A DNA stretch of 62,892 bases, filler included, from Psammoneis japonica (lineage: Eukaryota), in the NCBI GenBank assembly GCA_008632985.1. It is 3 parts of 3 records of this genome, joined end to end, with 100 filler letters (N's around TTAATTAATTAA, not from the genome) between each part and the next. Parts side by side here need not be neighbours in the genome. Positions count along the whole stretch, not along the records: positions 1 to 23,816 come from QPGO01000433.1; positions 23,917 to 48,174 come from QPGO01000430.1; 1 more part is not named here. One strand, given 5' to 3'. Below the pieces are notes generated by a model that did not search any database, was not told the origin of the DNA, and saw only the letters and a program-made list of their open reading frames with translations. Every line of letters begins with the position of its first letter. The stretch's first letter is position 1. Shown here one piece after another: positions 11,850-24,204 of this stretch. The position numbers and the translations under genes are program-made.

Positions 11850-14800
11850 CATGAAGTTGGAAGTCGTGACGGCGGCCAGACATCGCAACCAAATCATCAT
11901 CGCATCGCGCGCATCGCATGGCATGCTGTCAACTACACAATGTGACAATGAGTTGACAAGACTGAGGGTGAGCGTCACAAGACAGGCAAAAACATCAGCA
12001 GCAAAAAGGTCACAATGGACATGCTCCCAAGCAGCATCGCTTGCCACATGTGCTGCTGCAACCAAAACATGGGGGAGATGTCTTTCTCCTGAAAGAGGCT
12101 GGTTGACAGGAAGCACCAAAAATGACGTCACACCTGGCAGCAACCACATTTTTAGCCAATGAAGGAACCCCACAGATCCAACTCTCTTCCCCACCAGCAT
12201 GTCAACAGACACCTGTCTGATGCAGAAATGTGTGATGGCTCTGGCCCAACCCTTGCAAGACAGGCAACAGATTTCTGCACCCTGCATCAGGCAGGTGTGT
12301 CCCCATTGACACGCTGGTGGAGAAGAAAGTTGGATCTGGCATTTTGTGTACACTTGTTTTTGTTCTACATCACCCATCTTTTTGCTTCATTGGTGCACTC
12401 ATCAGAACAAAATGTGATGCAAACTGCAGTGTGAAAATGTTGGCAGCAACCGCGTTGGCGAGAATGTCTGGCACCACCTGTTGCTGCTGTCATGGTCTGG
12501 TGGTTTTTGTGCTGATGATTGGGCTCTCAGCTTGCACTGCTGGATCATGTTGTTGCTTGGAACAAGGAGGTGGTAGCTGCTCCTTTTAATGCAGCTAAAA
12601 TGGAGCTTGTGCTTGATTCAACTGGTGCTGCCCTGACAGCCACAATGGCAACCATGGAACATTTGCCACAAACAAGGTCTGTAAAAACTCTTCTGTGCTT
12701 GCACTTGTGCTGCCCATGGCTGTCTTGCCAAAAGAGTGTGTTGCAACCCTCCTGGTGTTGTGTGAAAGAGCACATCTGCAGAGAAAGCATCTCAAGTCAG
12801 GTGGCATGGGCTGCACTGGTTTCTGTGCTGTGTCGCACAATGCTGGGTGTTGACAAGTGTGAAGTGCAGGGCAGCAAAGAGACAACAGACACTGCTCTGC
12901 AATGGAAGCTTGCTGGGGAGCTTGCCTGCTGCTTCATGGACATTGATGTAGCTCCTGAGTTAGATGACAAATGTGGCACAGAGGATGCTGACAAGAATTG
13001 TCAGGCAACAGAGGTGTTGACGTCAGGAGTGACTTGAGCAAGAATGTGCTGCTGCACCAGCCACACATTCAGTTGGAAGCATGTGGAGGATCAAATCCAA
13101 CAGTTTGTTGCTTGACTAGAAACAAAACAAGCAGCAGAGAGTGCCGACGCAACAGTGCCAATGAGCGCCACACAGGTTCTGGAGAAGTGCTCTGGCATGG
13201 CACCCAAGCTGTTGTGGGACAGCACTCACCACAAGTCCCCCCCTTGGGCTCCTGCAAAGCTCACTGCAAATCCTTCTCTGCAAGAAAGAAACATCCCAAC
13301 AGCATCAGCACACAATCAAAATGTTGCATGGGTGGTGATGTCCATGCAAACATGTGGTGTTTTTGGCAAAGAAGCACCAAGCATCATGGTCTTTATGAAC
13401 ACAGCACCTGGAGGCAACACAGGATGATGTGCAGGACAACTTTTTCAAAACTGGAAAAGCAAAAAATGAGCTCTCATTTAAAAGAAGCACTGTGACCAAA
13501 GAGGCACTTGTGGAAGCTCTTGACAATGAAAAATGAGATTGACAACAGAAGCAGTGAATGAGAACAAATGAGATGAGTGGGAGCACTTCAGCATTTGGTG
13601 TGACAGGTGGCTGAACTTGCCTGCCAATGAATGGTCTTGATGCCACATCTTGCATCTTTGATGCTTGATGCCAGGTGACAGAAACAAGCTGCACTGGCAG
13701 AAACCCATGCAACTCTTGGGACATGCCGGCCTTGCTGGTGCATGCACAAGAGACCCAACTGCACCAGTCATAAGGCAAAGAAATGCACCAAGACCTGTGT
13801 GAAGTGCTGCAACAAACAAGAGCATGCACCAACACATGACTGTCTGCTGAGTCATTTGGGATCTGGCAAATGCTTTGACATGGGATCATTTGTTGACTCA
13901 TTTTTTTTTTAGTCATGTTGATGGTGCAGCTGTTTTGGTCTTTTCTCTGTCATGTGTGGCTCCAATGTCTCGGCTGGTTGATCACACAATTTCTTGTTTT
14001 CTGTTTTGCACTGGTCTTTCAATTTGTTCTCCAACTTTTCTCTCACTTGCTTTTTTCAGAAAAGGGTGCCAATTCTTGTGACAACACTTGTTGTGGTCAT
14101 TGAAAAGATTCTCAAGAGAAGTTTCAACACTTCTGACAAACTGGTCAAGTGGCAGATGTCTGTTTTGTTGCGCCAATTCCCAAGACGCCTTTTTGTTTTA
14201 AAGAAGAAGCCCAGCACCCTTGGTGCCCTCCTTTGTCATCCTGAGGCAAGTGCCATGCTGGGGGGGGGGGCGATCTGTTGCAAGTTCAGGCTCTAGAACA
14301 TCATGTTGTGAGCAGCCATGGCATTTCAGCTTCCTTTTGGTTTTTGGATTACAGGGCCACTCCCTCATTTTCTCATTGCTGATCTTGTCTTTGATGGCAT
14401 GCTTGAAAGTTTGCACCTGCACTTGAGTTGTCATTGGGCACAGAGTTGTTGCAGCAACATGTGTGCATGAGCTGCAGAATGCTGCTTTTGAAAGCTCCAT
14501 TCCAGCAGCCGCTTCCACAGACTTGCGTGGTCCCAAGTGTTTTGGGGAATGGTTGTGTGTTGGTGCATCTTCTTCTTCATTGCTGCATTTCACACATTGG
14601 TGCAGTCAGAGACATCTTTCACACAAACACACTGATGAGGCCAGCATGTCTCAAACACAAATCATGTGATTTCCTTTGGCCCTTTTCTGCCACCTGGCAT
14701 CAAAGGACACAAGAAGCTGCGCTCGATGCCTTTTGTCAGCAGGCAAGTTTAGCCACTCATGACATGAGTGCTCTCGCTGCTCATCATTTTTGTTCTCATT

Positions 14801-16580
14801 CATTGCTTCTGTTGTCAATCTCACCTCTCATTGTCAGGGCCCAAGAGCTTCTGCAAATGCCTCTTTGGTCCCTGCATCATGTTCAAATGAGCCAACTTGT
14901 TTCCTCAGCTTTGAAAAAGTTGTCTTGCACATCCTGTTGCCTCCACATGCTGTGTTCACAATGACCATGGTGATCAGTGCATCTTTCCCCCTGAAACACT
15001 GCACATTTGCATGGACACCACCCATCCAGCATTTTGGTTGCATGCTGATGTGTTGGGATGCTTCTTTCTTGCAGAAAAGGATTTGCAGCAAGTTTTGCTG
15101 GAGCCCAAGTGGGGGGAGCATGGGCAAACTTATGGCAAACACAACCCCATGACAGCATGGGCAGAACACACCAAAAGGAGCACTTCTCTGGAACCTGTGT
15201 GTTGTTGCTGTGGGTTTGTCCCCTTCTTGTGCTAATTGCATGCCTTTTACACTGGCATGCTCTCACCCTCTTGTGCTTGTTTTGTTTCCAACCATGTGAC
15301 AAACTGTTGGATTTGATTTCCCACTTGCATCTGAATGTGTGGCTGGCACTGTGGTGCACTCTTGCTCAAGTGGCCCATGTCAGCACATGTCTGTTGTCTG
15401 GCAACTTCTTGCCATGATTTCTTTGTGCTCTAAATTGCTGGCATCCTCTGTGCCACATTTGTCATCTAACTTGACAGCAGCTGCATCAAGATCCATGAAG
15501 CATCTGGGCTTCCCACAAGCTTTCATGGAGAAGCAGAGCTGGTGTTGTCTCTTTGCTGCCCAGCGCTGCCTCCACTGCTCTGGAGGCTTTTCAGTTCCTG
15601 TGAACAGTGCTCGACAATGTGGCCACACAGCCGCTGGGTGCGCCACTGATGGCGCATGCTGCTGCCAGCAAGTTGCAGTCACTTGCTTGCTTCATCATTG
15701 CTGCTCTGCTTTTGAATCTTTGCAAGTCATGAGGAGTCATGTGCGCACTTGTCACCACTTGGAGTTGCATGGCACAGAAACCAATGTGGCAACCCATGCC
15801 GCCCAGCTTGGGATGCCAAAGAATGGGGTCTCTTCTCCTTTTGTTTCTCTCTTGCTTTTTTTTGTTTTCTTCTTTCTCCCTTTTCAGTCTAAAGTGCACT
15901 CCAACAACATGGCAAAAAACCCAAAAAACTTTGTTTTTTGCATGTGTTTGCAAAAAGCATCAAAACCAACCAATGTGCTTTGATCATTTGTGATGTGCAA
16001 CTGCACGCTCTTGTGTGACAAACATGTGAAAAAAGTTGCCAGCCACACCACCTCCATTGCACTCAACAAACTGCATTTCCCTGCCTGCTGCAGCATGGTC
16101 TTGTTTGAGCTCAGAATGGAGACCAGGCAAGACAATTAAAAAATGGCCAACAATGAAAAGGCAGATGACAAGGTGTGTGGACAACGACGTCGAAACAACT
16201 CGTTCATTGTCAGCGTGTTGAAAACAAGGCAGTTTTTGTGGCTTTGTCATGACAAGACAGATGGACAGTGCTTCCACCACAGCAGTGCCATGGTGCATGA
16301 TGATTGATGGTCGATGTGGAGATGATCGAACGTCAAGGAGCAACAGGCATGATGTCTCGCCAACACTCCTTTCCATTGATCTGGCATTTTCCCTGCTCAA
16401 ATGATGACACAAGTTTGTCTTTTTTGCTGGAAAGAAACTCAAGAGTCTCTCACACTCTTTAAAAGCTGCCGGCACTTTTTGATGAAGTGTCGGATTGTCA
16501 CCGTGGAAAGGGGGCAGGAGGATGCATGACAATGTCTCCAGGTGTCGATTTGCGCATTGTTCGCGCGTTTCAAGTGCTGA
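11850..16580. other. TpA-depleted domain 2, between the sulfatases
   Basis: Same compositional signature as domain 1; boundaries approximate. Confidence 0.85.
12795..15805. repeat. Diverged inverted repeat: arms about 12795-13845 and 14555-15805
   Basis: GTTAGATGACAAATGTGGCACAGAGGATGC at about 12960 has its reverse complement at about 15440-15470; further matches 13270/15060, 13500/14860 and 12800/15790. Confidence 0.85.
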
Positions 16581-16903
16581 TAGAATCGATGTCGACACCG
16601 CTCTTTTACGACGGTCAATGTTAGTTCAATGTGGTGCGTTACAAGAGGTGCAAACCAATCTCGATCGCAATGACCACAAGCGTTAGAGTACTCCGGCTCC
16701 TCCTACCGGTGAGGAAAAGCAAGTGCTTGGTCGGTGTGTGAAAGTAAGAGCGCCAGTATGCAAGCCAGATGTTATCGCCCTTGACCTCAGGCGCGGCAAA
16801 ATTCGACAGTGGGATGTTTATGCATATTTTGATGATGAATTAAGCACGACGACTAAAGCAAATGAAGGCACGTGATACTAACCATTCTCTGCTCTCGAAA
16901 TAT

Positions 16904-18760
16904 TCACGTCCCTCTGTTCACTTTGTTCAAGAGGATATTATAGACAGGCATTCTTCGGAGTCGTTGAAGGTTTCCCGTCTCAACAACAGTCATTCCAATG
17001 TTATAATTGCCCTTTTCAAAGTCAAACTCACCAAGGTTATGCATCCGGCCGTCCTTGTTGAGAAGGGAAATATTTTTTTGTTCCCCGACATGAAACTGAA
17101 CCGTGGTTCGTACAGGAGCGCGCTCTGTGCGAAGCATCACATTGTACCTACCGGACTCGAGTACACGAACTCTCAGATCCTGAGCGGCCCCGATCTCTTC
17201 GAAGAATGTAAAAAACCATGAAACTCTGTTCCTACCTTTGAAGCGATACGTGTAACACATCTCCAAGTACGTATGTTCAATGCCTGGAAGGCCAATTACT
17301 TGGATTGGGTTCGACCACGAATGCGTGTCGTGGCTTACATTGTGCAGCACAGAATAAAATCTGGTTTCCATTTGAAGAAACTTTTCAGGCAGGACCGTTT
17401 TGAGGTCAATCTCCTGACCGGGATCACTCGAAAGGTCATACAAACTCCACGTGCCTTCTTCGTTGACGACCACCCAGTGACCTGAAACGAGTGCGCATTT
17501 CGACTTTTCTAATCGGAGAGAATACTCCTTAGTGAAGCGGTAGTACCAGCCATCTGGAGCTAGATGTTTAGCAGGTATTGCGGTCTGCGCAAGAAGGTAC
17601 TCACGGTCTTGCGGCCAGCTGGGGTTGTCTTGAAAAAGCAAGCGCCGGAAACTTTGACCGTCCAAGCGTGGCACACCAGTTTTGTTCTTGTAACGTTGGT
17701 AGTGTCCGGCCAAGTGGAGCAACGTGGGAAAAATGTCATATACAATGGTCATGTCTTTTGTGTTTAGTCTGGCTGGACAATAAAAGGTGAGCCGATTGCG
17801 AACAGCGTTCTCCCAGCAGGTTGCCTTCTTGGATCGCAAACCTGTCGGATTTCGCGCCGCCCATTCAGCATCGTTCATTTCATACATATTTCCAGTTGGC
17901 TTGAAGTTACCATCTCTGTCCTGAGCGAGGAGCCTTGTCTCTGGAGTAGGACCGTTGTCTCCAAAATAAATTACTATGGTATTTTTGGAGAGATGATACC
18001 GCTCCAGTCCATCAAGAATTCGCCCAACCTGGATATCGATGTGCTCCAGCATGCCAAGGAGCATAGCATACGATTCTCCGATTCCTTTTTCAATGTATTT
18101 TTCTTGGAGTTCCTTTCTGCATAACCACGGTTCATGTGGCTGTGCATAAGGAATGTAAAGAAAGAATGATTCTTCCTTGTTGCGGCTAATGAAGCTGAGA
18201 GCTTTGTCTGTGACGCGCTCAACCTGCCAGCCTGGCTCAATGCCACGAGGCACACCGTTGTGAGCAAAAGGGGCGTCAAAGTGTTCGTGTTTGCCGCGCT
18301 TACGAATTTCTTCATCTGTCAGTTCCCATGTTTCATTGAAGCCGCGTCGATGGGGTAAATCAGCATCTGAGGTGCCGAGATTCCACTTGCCAACCATGCC
18401 AGTAACATATCCGGCATCCTGTAGGGCCTCTCCAAGCATGTACTCATTCAGATGTGGTGCATCTCTCCCAAAACCTACTCCAACTGTTCCCGTGCGCAGA
18501 AAGTGCCTTCCTGTCATTAGCTGAGACCGGGTTGGCGCACATGCGCTTCCCGTGTAGAATCGGGTGAATTGCACCCCATCTTTCATTAGCTTGTCCAAGT
18601 TTGGCGTCTCTAGCGGCGGCTGGCGAAAGCCATAATCATCCATTCCCTGATCATCTGTCATGATGAGGATGAAATTAGGCTTCGTCACGTCTTTTGCGCT
18701 AGAAGAAGCGAGGGACACCAGGAGACATGCCAAAGTGTAGTGCGTGAATATGTTCTTCAT
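16904..18760 (-). CDS. Secreted arylsulfatase, copy 2 (intact 618-aa ORF)
   Basis: Same motifs as copy 1 (CAPTRSQLMTGR etc.); signal peptide; lacks 3 residues relative to copy 1 near RLNTKDM. Confidence 0.95.
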   Translation of the reverse strand: MKNIFTHYTLACLLVSLASSSAKDVTKPNFILIMTDDQGMDDYGFRQPPLETPNLDKLMKDGVQFTRFYTGSACAPTRSQLMTGRHFLRTGTVGVGFGRDAPHLNEYMLGEALQDAGYVTGMVGKWNLGTSDADLPHRRGFNETWELTDEEIRKRGKHEHFDAPFAHNGVPRGIEPGWQVERVTDKALSFISRNKEESFFLYIPYAQPHEPWLCRKELQEKYIEKGIGESYAMLLGMLEHIDIQVGRILDGLERYHLSKNTIVIYFGDNGPTPETRLLAQDRDGNFKPTGNMYEMNDAEWAARNPTGLRSKKATCWENAVRNRLTFYCPARLNTKDMTIVYDIFPTLLHLAGHYQRYKNKTGVPRLDGQSFRRLLFQDNPSWPQDREYLLAQTAIPAKHLAPDGWYYRFTKEYSLRLEKSKCALVSGHWVVVNEEGTWSLYDLSSDPGQEIDLKTVLPEKFLQMETRFYSVLHNVSHDTHSWSNPIQVIGLPGIEHTYLEMCYTYRFKGRNRVSWFFTFFEEIGAAQDLRVRVLESGRYNVMLRTERAPVRTTVQFHVGEQKNISLLNKDGRMHNLGEFDFEKGNYNIGMTVVETGNLQRLRRMPVYNILLNKVNRGT

Positions 18761-19169
18761 TATTTGGTTCCACGGTCCTACGGTATGGGGAATGGAGAGT
18801 GCTTGATGAAAATCCTGAATCTATTTGTAGACTGTTTGGGTTGTATCACTTGATTATCTATCGTTTTCTTGATTTGTATTCGTGTTTTGCCTTTCATCTA
18901 GCTGTACGCTTCGCGTTTTCGAGTGCGTTTTGTGAGTGCAAAAATGTCCGATAACCAATAATGACAGTGGGGCAATTGACGGACAAAAAATAACACCAGG
19001 TACACATCATGCTGCAGCGTCATGTGTAAAGGTTCTCCGACTGACTTTAAATAAAAACTAACATTTATATTCGCGTTTTCGAGATTGCTGCTCAGTGTTA
19101 ACTTCTGCACCAAATGACATGGTGGACCGGTGCCGTACGACATCGTAGCCCTGGAGCAGAGGGCCGAAA

Positions 19170-21950
19170 ATTTCTGCACCATGATGTGTGGTTTCGTGAC
19201 TCACTTTTCAGCCACTCATCACTCCTCCAACCTCCCTCCAACACGAGACAGTGAGTCGCATCTGTTGTTTTCATTTTTTCAACAGTTCTTTGCACTTTGC
19301 AGCAACTTCATTTCAGCACAGTGCAAGGATGACTGACAACAACAAGGAAAATGAAATGCCAGCATGGCTTGTGGGTTTGGCGATTGTGTCTCATGTGCAG
19401 CTGCAGTGATTGAAAATTTGGACAAGCTTTCTTGCACGGTTTCTTGAAATGAGCTTTGTTTGCAAAGCCGCACCATGCATTCAAAGCCAGCCACCTCAGT
19501 CGACAGCAATTGGCATGTCTTGGCAGCCAGGAAGGGCATGAGGACAAGCAACAGATGCTTTCACATGGCCAAATGGACCACAGTCAGAGCTGTCATTGGG
19601 TCGAGACTCGAGAGCAGAGCAGCCACTTTTGTTTAAAAAGTTGGCACATGGGCTGTTGTTTTGGCAAAAGCAGCATGGATGTGAGAGTGGCCAAGGCTCC
19701 AGCCAGCATCCTGCATGTTGTTGAGTGGCTTGGTGTGCTGACTGAGTCAGCTGTTCACAAGGCATGCAGGCCTGTTCCAGCTCCAGGTGATCAGCTTTTC
19801 ATCACGAGAGAGGCCGATTTTCTGCACAGTTTGGCACAAATGACTCCTTCAATTTTGATCGTTTTGAAAATCGAAAGGCAAGTGTACACCCAAAAACACA
19901 TGTAAAGTGTACACTTGCCCTTCGATTTGGCAAAAAATGGATTTTGAAAAAGTTAATTGCGCTAAATGCGACAATTTTTGATTGATCAGAATCGAACCTG
20001 TGTGCATCACCTGGAGCTGGAACAGGCCAGCAGCTGTGCATCAAGCACAAACAACAGCTGGCAGAAGAGTGCCAGCGGCTGGCCCAGTGGCTGGGCTGGC
20101 ACTTGCTGCATGGGCAGCAGCAGAGTCATTTTTGTTTTGGCACATCGCTGGCTCAGGAGATCCTTTTTGCACTGCTTTCATGGAGAATCACACACTGCCG
20201 CCACTGCCTGCAACATTGGCCTGGTTGGTTCATCACCTGCAAAGCAGCTGCACAAATGCTCTTTGTCCATTGCAGAGGGCAGCAATGAGGGAGCTGACTC
20301 CATTTGACAAGAAAGAGGCACTTGTTCGTCTTCCTCAGAAAAGCCATGGTCATTCCCTCTCTGCATGGAGAACTTGTTGTTGCTGTGCAAATCCTGGTGC
20401 TGTGGGCTTTGCAAACAGGATGGTGCAACCAACAACCTTCTTTCTTGCAGGAGAGACTTGGCTCCATGACTTTTTAGCTGGTGGTGGGTTGTTGATGATG
20501 TTTCTCACTCTTCACTGCTCAAATTTTCTGACACTCCAATCTGCAAAGAATGCAGAATCCAGAGCAGCAGCAGGGGCCCTGCCGCACAATGTCAAGGACA
20601 AACAAAATGATTGTCACCCTCCTCCACATCATTGTCACACAGTCTTTTTTTTTCAAAGATGCCACGCTGGCAGGTGCCTTCTCTTGTTGAAAGTGTGAGG
20701 AAATGGATGTGCCACCGGCGGTCCTGGAAAAACAAAATGGGCTGATTTGCTCACCAGGTTGTCTGTCCATTGGATGCAAAGTCTGTTGAATTTCAGCCAC
20801 TCACCAAGCACTGGAACAACAATTGAATTTTTGGAAAGACAAACACAGTGGAGTTTGAATGTCAATTTTGGTGACTTTGTCACAATGTGTGACAGGTGAA
20901 ATGCCAGTGAAGCTGTGAGGCTAAATGTCTGTCAAACAGCTGAGTCTTTCAAAGTGGAAATGACCCTTCATTCAGGTCACTGAAATTTTCATGTGTCCTT
21001 GAAACATGACTCAACAAGCAAAGCATGGCATCACAAGCTGCTTTTCACATTTTTGCCTTAAAAATTTTGACAGCGCCTTGATTTGTTTACGTGAAGAGGG
21101 CTGATGCATCAGAAGGTGTCGCACCTCAAACTTTGATCATGGTTTGGCATCATTTCAACCCACCACAGCCATGCAACACAGCAACAGCAGCATGAGCACA
21201 CAAGGCAGCTGCAACAGCACAAAATGGATTTATTTTTCAAACACTTGTGGGTGAATGGAGCAGGATGAAATGTGGTGGTTGCCATCGGACATGTCGCCGA
21301 AGGAGTGCCATTCACTGTCATTGTGTTGTGTGACTGACTTTGGGGGGGGGCAAAACAACATCAAGATGACTTTGTGTCTCCACAGTGATCACAATGCACT
21401 GTGCCACATGAACAACTTGCAATGCAATGGTGTCAACAGATCATTGATTTGTCTCTGACAAGGGCTTGGATTCGCACGCCATTGTTTTGTCTTCTTCCAC
21501 AAAACAAAGCCACCTCAGTGGCACCAAAGGTGAGTCAACGGCCAAAAATATGAACACATCTGTGCTGTCAAAAATGTTGTTTGTTCAATGATGTTGACAC
21601 CTCAACAATTGGATCGCTACAAGGTGCTCACTGCATCAAAAATGTGCCATTGTCGAAACAGCATTTTTGACTTGAAGCATTTTTGCAGAGTTCAATGTTT
21701 CAATGTCTCTATCTTTGAAGATTGTTTGCTTCCTCACCCAGAATTTGTGCTGGTGCCTGCGGCTAAAATGATTTGTTTTAACTTTTTAACTTTCCTGTTT
21801 GGCGCTTTTTCGCTTTCGGGGAGGAACAACCTCGCTGTCTGCCGTCTTTGTGCCGTCACTCTCGGCGGGGGAAAAGCACGAGAGGGCTGAATCGGTGTGC
21901 ATCGTGCGGTCGTGCGCGATGCACGTGATTGATGATGCGATTCCCCTTTC
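19170..21950. other. TpA-depleted domain 3
   Basis: Same signature; the right edge (21790-21950) is CpG-rich yet TA-free. Confidence 0.8.
19769..20028. mobile_element. MITE family C (260 bp)
   Basis: Perfect 23-bp TIR GGCCTGTTCCAGCTCCAGGTGAT / ATCACCTGGAGCTGGAACAGGCC; flanks TGCA and AGCA; internal 22-bp inverted repeat at 19868-19928. Confidence 0.9.
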
Positions 21951-22057
21951 CCCTGGAATCAGTACAGTGTGGCATGAAGAGGCAAAGTGAGTCAACCATT
22001 GACTTAAAATCAATTTAACCAAAGAAACTGAAATTTAGCCTCCTTTCAAACCACCAA

Positions 22058-22862
22058 ATGAGCCTGCTGCTTGTTCTATTTGGTGTTGCTTTCTCATGTA
22101 TCGCGCCAACGGAGTCTCTGGTTTCGTCGTTGCATCAACCGCATTTCTGTGCACGAACGCGACAATGTACACTTCAATCATCGAGTAGTCGCTTGTGGTC
22201 TTCCGTAGGTCCAGATGAGGATGACGCAGAAAGATTAAAAGAGTCAGCCACGAAGCTACGTCAGGAGGTGGAAGAATTGGAGTTGCAGCTACGACAAGGC
22301 AAAAGAAAGAAAGGCGATGTCGCAGTCGAAAGCCAAGAGCCGCCTCCCAAGTACACATCGCTGCAAGGATTCACACTGGAAAATGACTTATCGCTTCGCC
22401 AGTGAACCACCTCCAAGCAAAGAAGAAAAGGAAGATACGTGCCCGCGATTGTACTACTCTGGTAGCGTCGTGTTGAAATTTAGACAAGACGGTTACACGG
22501 ACTTGATTTCTCACGAACCAACAGGAAGAGGCGCGCGCATAATGGTGGAGAAGTTCTGGGGATGGGACGAAGAGATTTCGTCAGAGGATGGACTGAGATA
22601 TGTATCATGGTCATCCAATGTTATGCTACCAAAGGAAGACCCTCATATTCCTGGCCAAACAACTCGATTCTATTTTCAAGCGCAGGTCGTTGTCGACGAC
22701 TCAAATTCCAGTATTTCCTTGTCTGACGGAACTGTCACTGTGAAGCAGAGTGTCAAGCCACCGGGCGGATTTTGGGGGATCTTTAATGCTGAAGGGATTT
22801 TGGCACGGTTTCGATATGTTGGAAACTTTGTGCAAAAGGCAACCTCCGCGCCTGCTAACTAG
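22058..22862 (+). CDS. Hypothetical protein with signal/transit peptide and coiled coil; frameshift near 22360
   Basis: ORF 22058-22405 (hydrophobic N-terminus, AERLKESATKLRQEVEELE) overlaps ORF 22317-22862, which has normal composition. Confidence 0.65.
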
Positions 22863-23322
22863 CCGTCTTGCGAAAAATACAGTTGGGCCGGCACTTGCTA
22901 ATTGATAAGGACCAACATTCGTTGGTGATTAGCCCAGTTGTTGCTGGGCTTGTGGAGGGCGGTGCAAGGACAGTGAAGTCTTTCTAATCACCCATAAGTG
23001 TCTTTGTTGCTATTATATCCTAACGTCAAAGCATAAGAGACAGCGAAAAACCCCTATTAGAACAAAGGTGTTCCTTTACCAGAAGCAGCAGACAAAAGAG
23101 ATACTCTAGTACGATTGCAAGGTGCATCAAAATGTTTCTCATCGTGAAATGGTATCAGCTTTGCGCTCTTCTGTCTGTGTCTTACAACAGCAATCTTCCT
23201 CAAGGAGAAAAATGCTGTATCACTGGAACGGGTCTGCTTGACTTGGAATCACAGTTTGCGTGGTTTGAGCAAAATGCCAAAAAGAGGCAAAAAAGGCACA
23301 CGCGCAACAACGGTGCAGTTCT

Positions 23323-23815
23323 TCAAGGAAGATCAGAAGCAGTCGCTCGCTGTCCACGACGTTCGGAGAGTTTTGTCGTTGCTTTTTCGATTGCTCTCGT
23401 TGGTCTCGATATACCAGCAAGCCAAGGCAATCTTTCGTTTACCACTTCCGTATCAAACTTGCCTGGAAATCTGTGCAGTATCATGACAGTCAATCGCTCC
23501 AATGGCCAATCCATACTGGTCCAGGGTATATCCGCAGGCGGGCCAACCGTTTCATCAACTTTCCATCGATCCGGCTGTGTGAGCCCTGGGAGGGGTCCAA
23601 TCTTTTGCCATTTGTTCATGGAGCACAGATCATCAGCGATTTCTTTGTTCTGGGTTACCAAATATCAGAGTGAAGCCGAAAGAATTGTCGTAAATCTGTC
23701 GAAAGAGCGCCTCCGCGACTTTCATGTTGATACGATCAGGGCCTTCGTAATTGAATTCGTCTAAAATGAGCACAGCATGAGCCCTTTCTGAGTTTGCTTC
23801 AGGTCGCAATGCTGC
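23323..23815 (-). CDS. 3' fragment of a probable P-loop NTPase-like gene, truncated by gap
   Basis: Minus strand reads ...HAVLILDEFNYEG... (Walker-B-like) and, after a frameshift, continues into ORF 23323-23661. Confidence 0.45.
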
Positions 23816-24204
23816 ANNNNNNNNNNNNNNNNNNNNNNNNNNNNNNNNNNNNNNNNNNNNTTAATTAATTAANNNNNNNNNNNNNNNNNNNNNNNNNNNN
23901 NNNNNNNNNNNNNNNNGTATGTATGATGTTTGCAGTGTATTACTGTGCCTGTAATCCGACAATCGTGCTGACAGCAACCCAGCTACCAAGCTATCTCGCC
24001 TTCAAGCTTCGAAGCCACTCCATCGCAATCGATTTGCTGTACTGAATCTACATAGGTTTCTACGTGGGATCTTTGATCTCGGAGGGAGTTTTGGGAATTT
24101 CGAAAATCGGTGCACATCGCATCGATACGGTGCGGAAGCACACAGTATGTTGTTGAAGAAATATCCATCGACATCAAAAAAGCTTTCTACAGACAGTATA
24201 TACA

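Noticed and set aside
23132..23764. 210-aa plus-strand ORF
   Set aside because: No recognisable motif; the opposite strand reads more like protein (Walker-B-like VLILDEF), so this is probably a shadow ORF.
23861..23872. TTAATTAATTAA island inside an N-run (also 48219-48230)
   Set aside because: Identical six-frame-stop linker centred in gaps; an assembly spacer, not biology. Adjacency across these joins is unverified.
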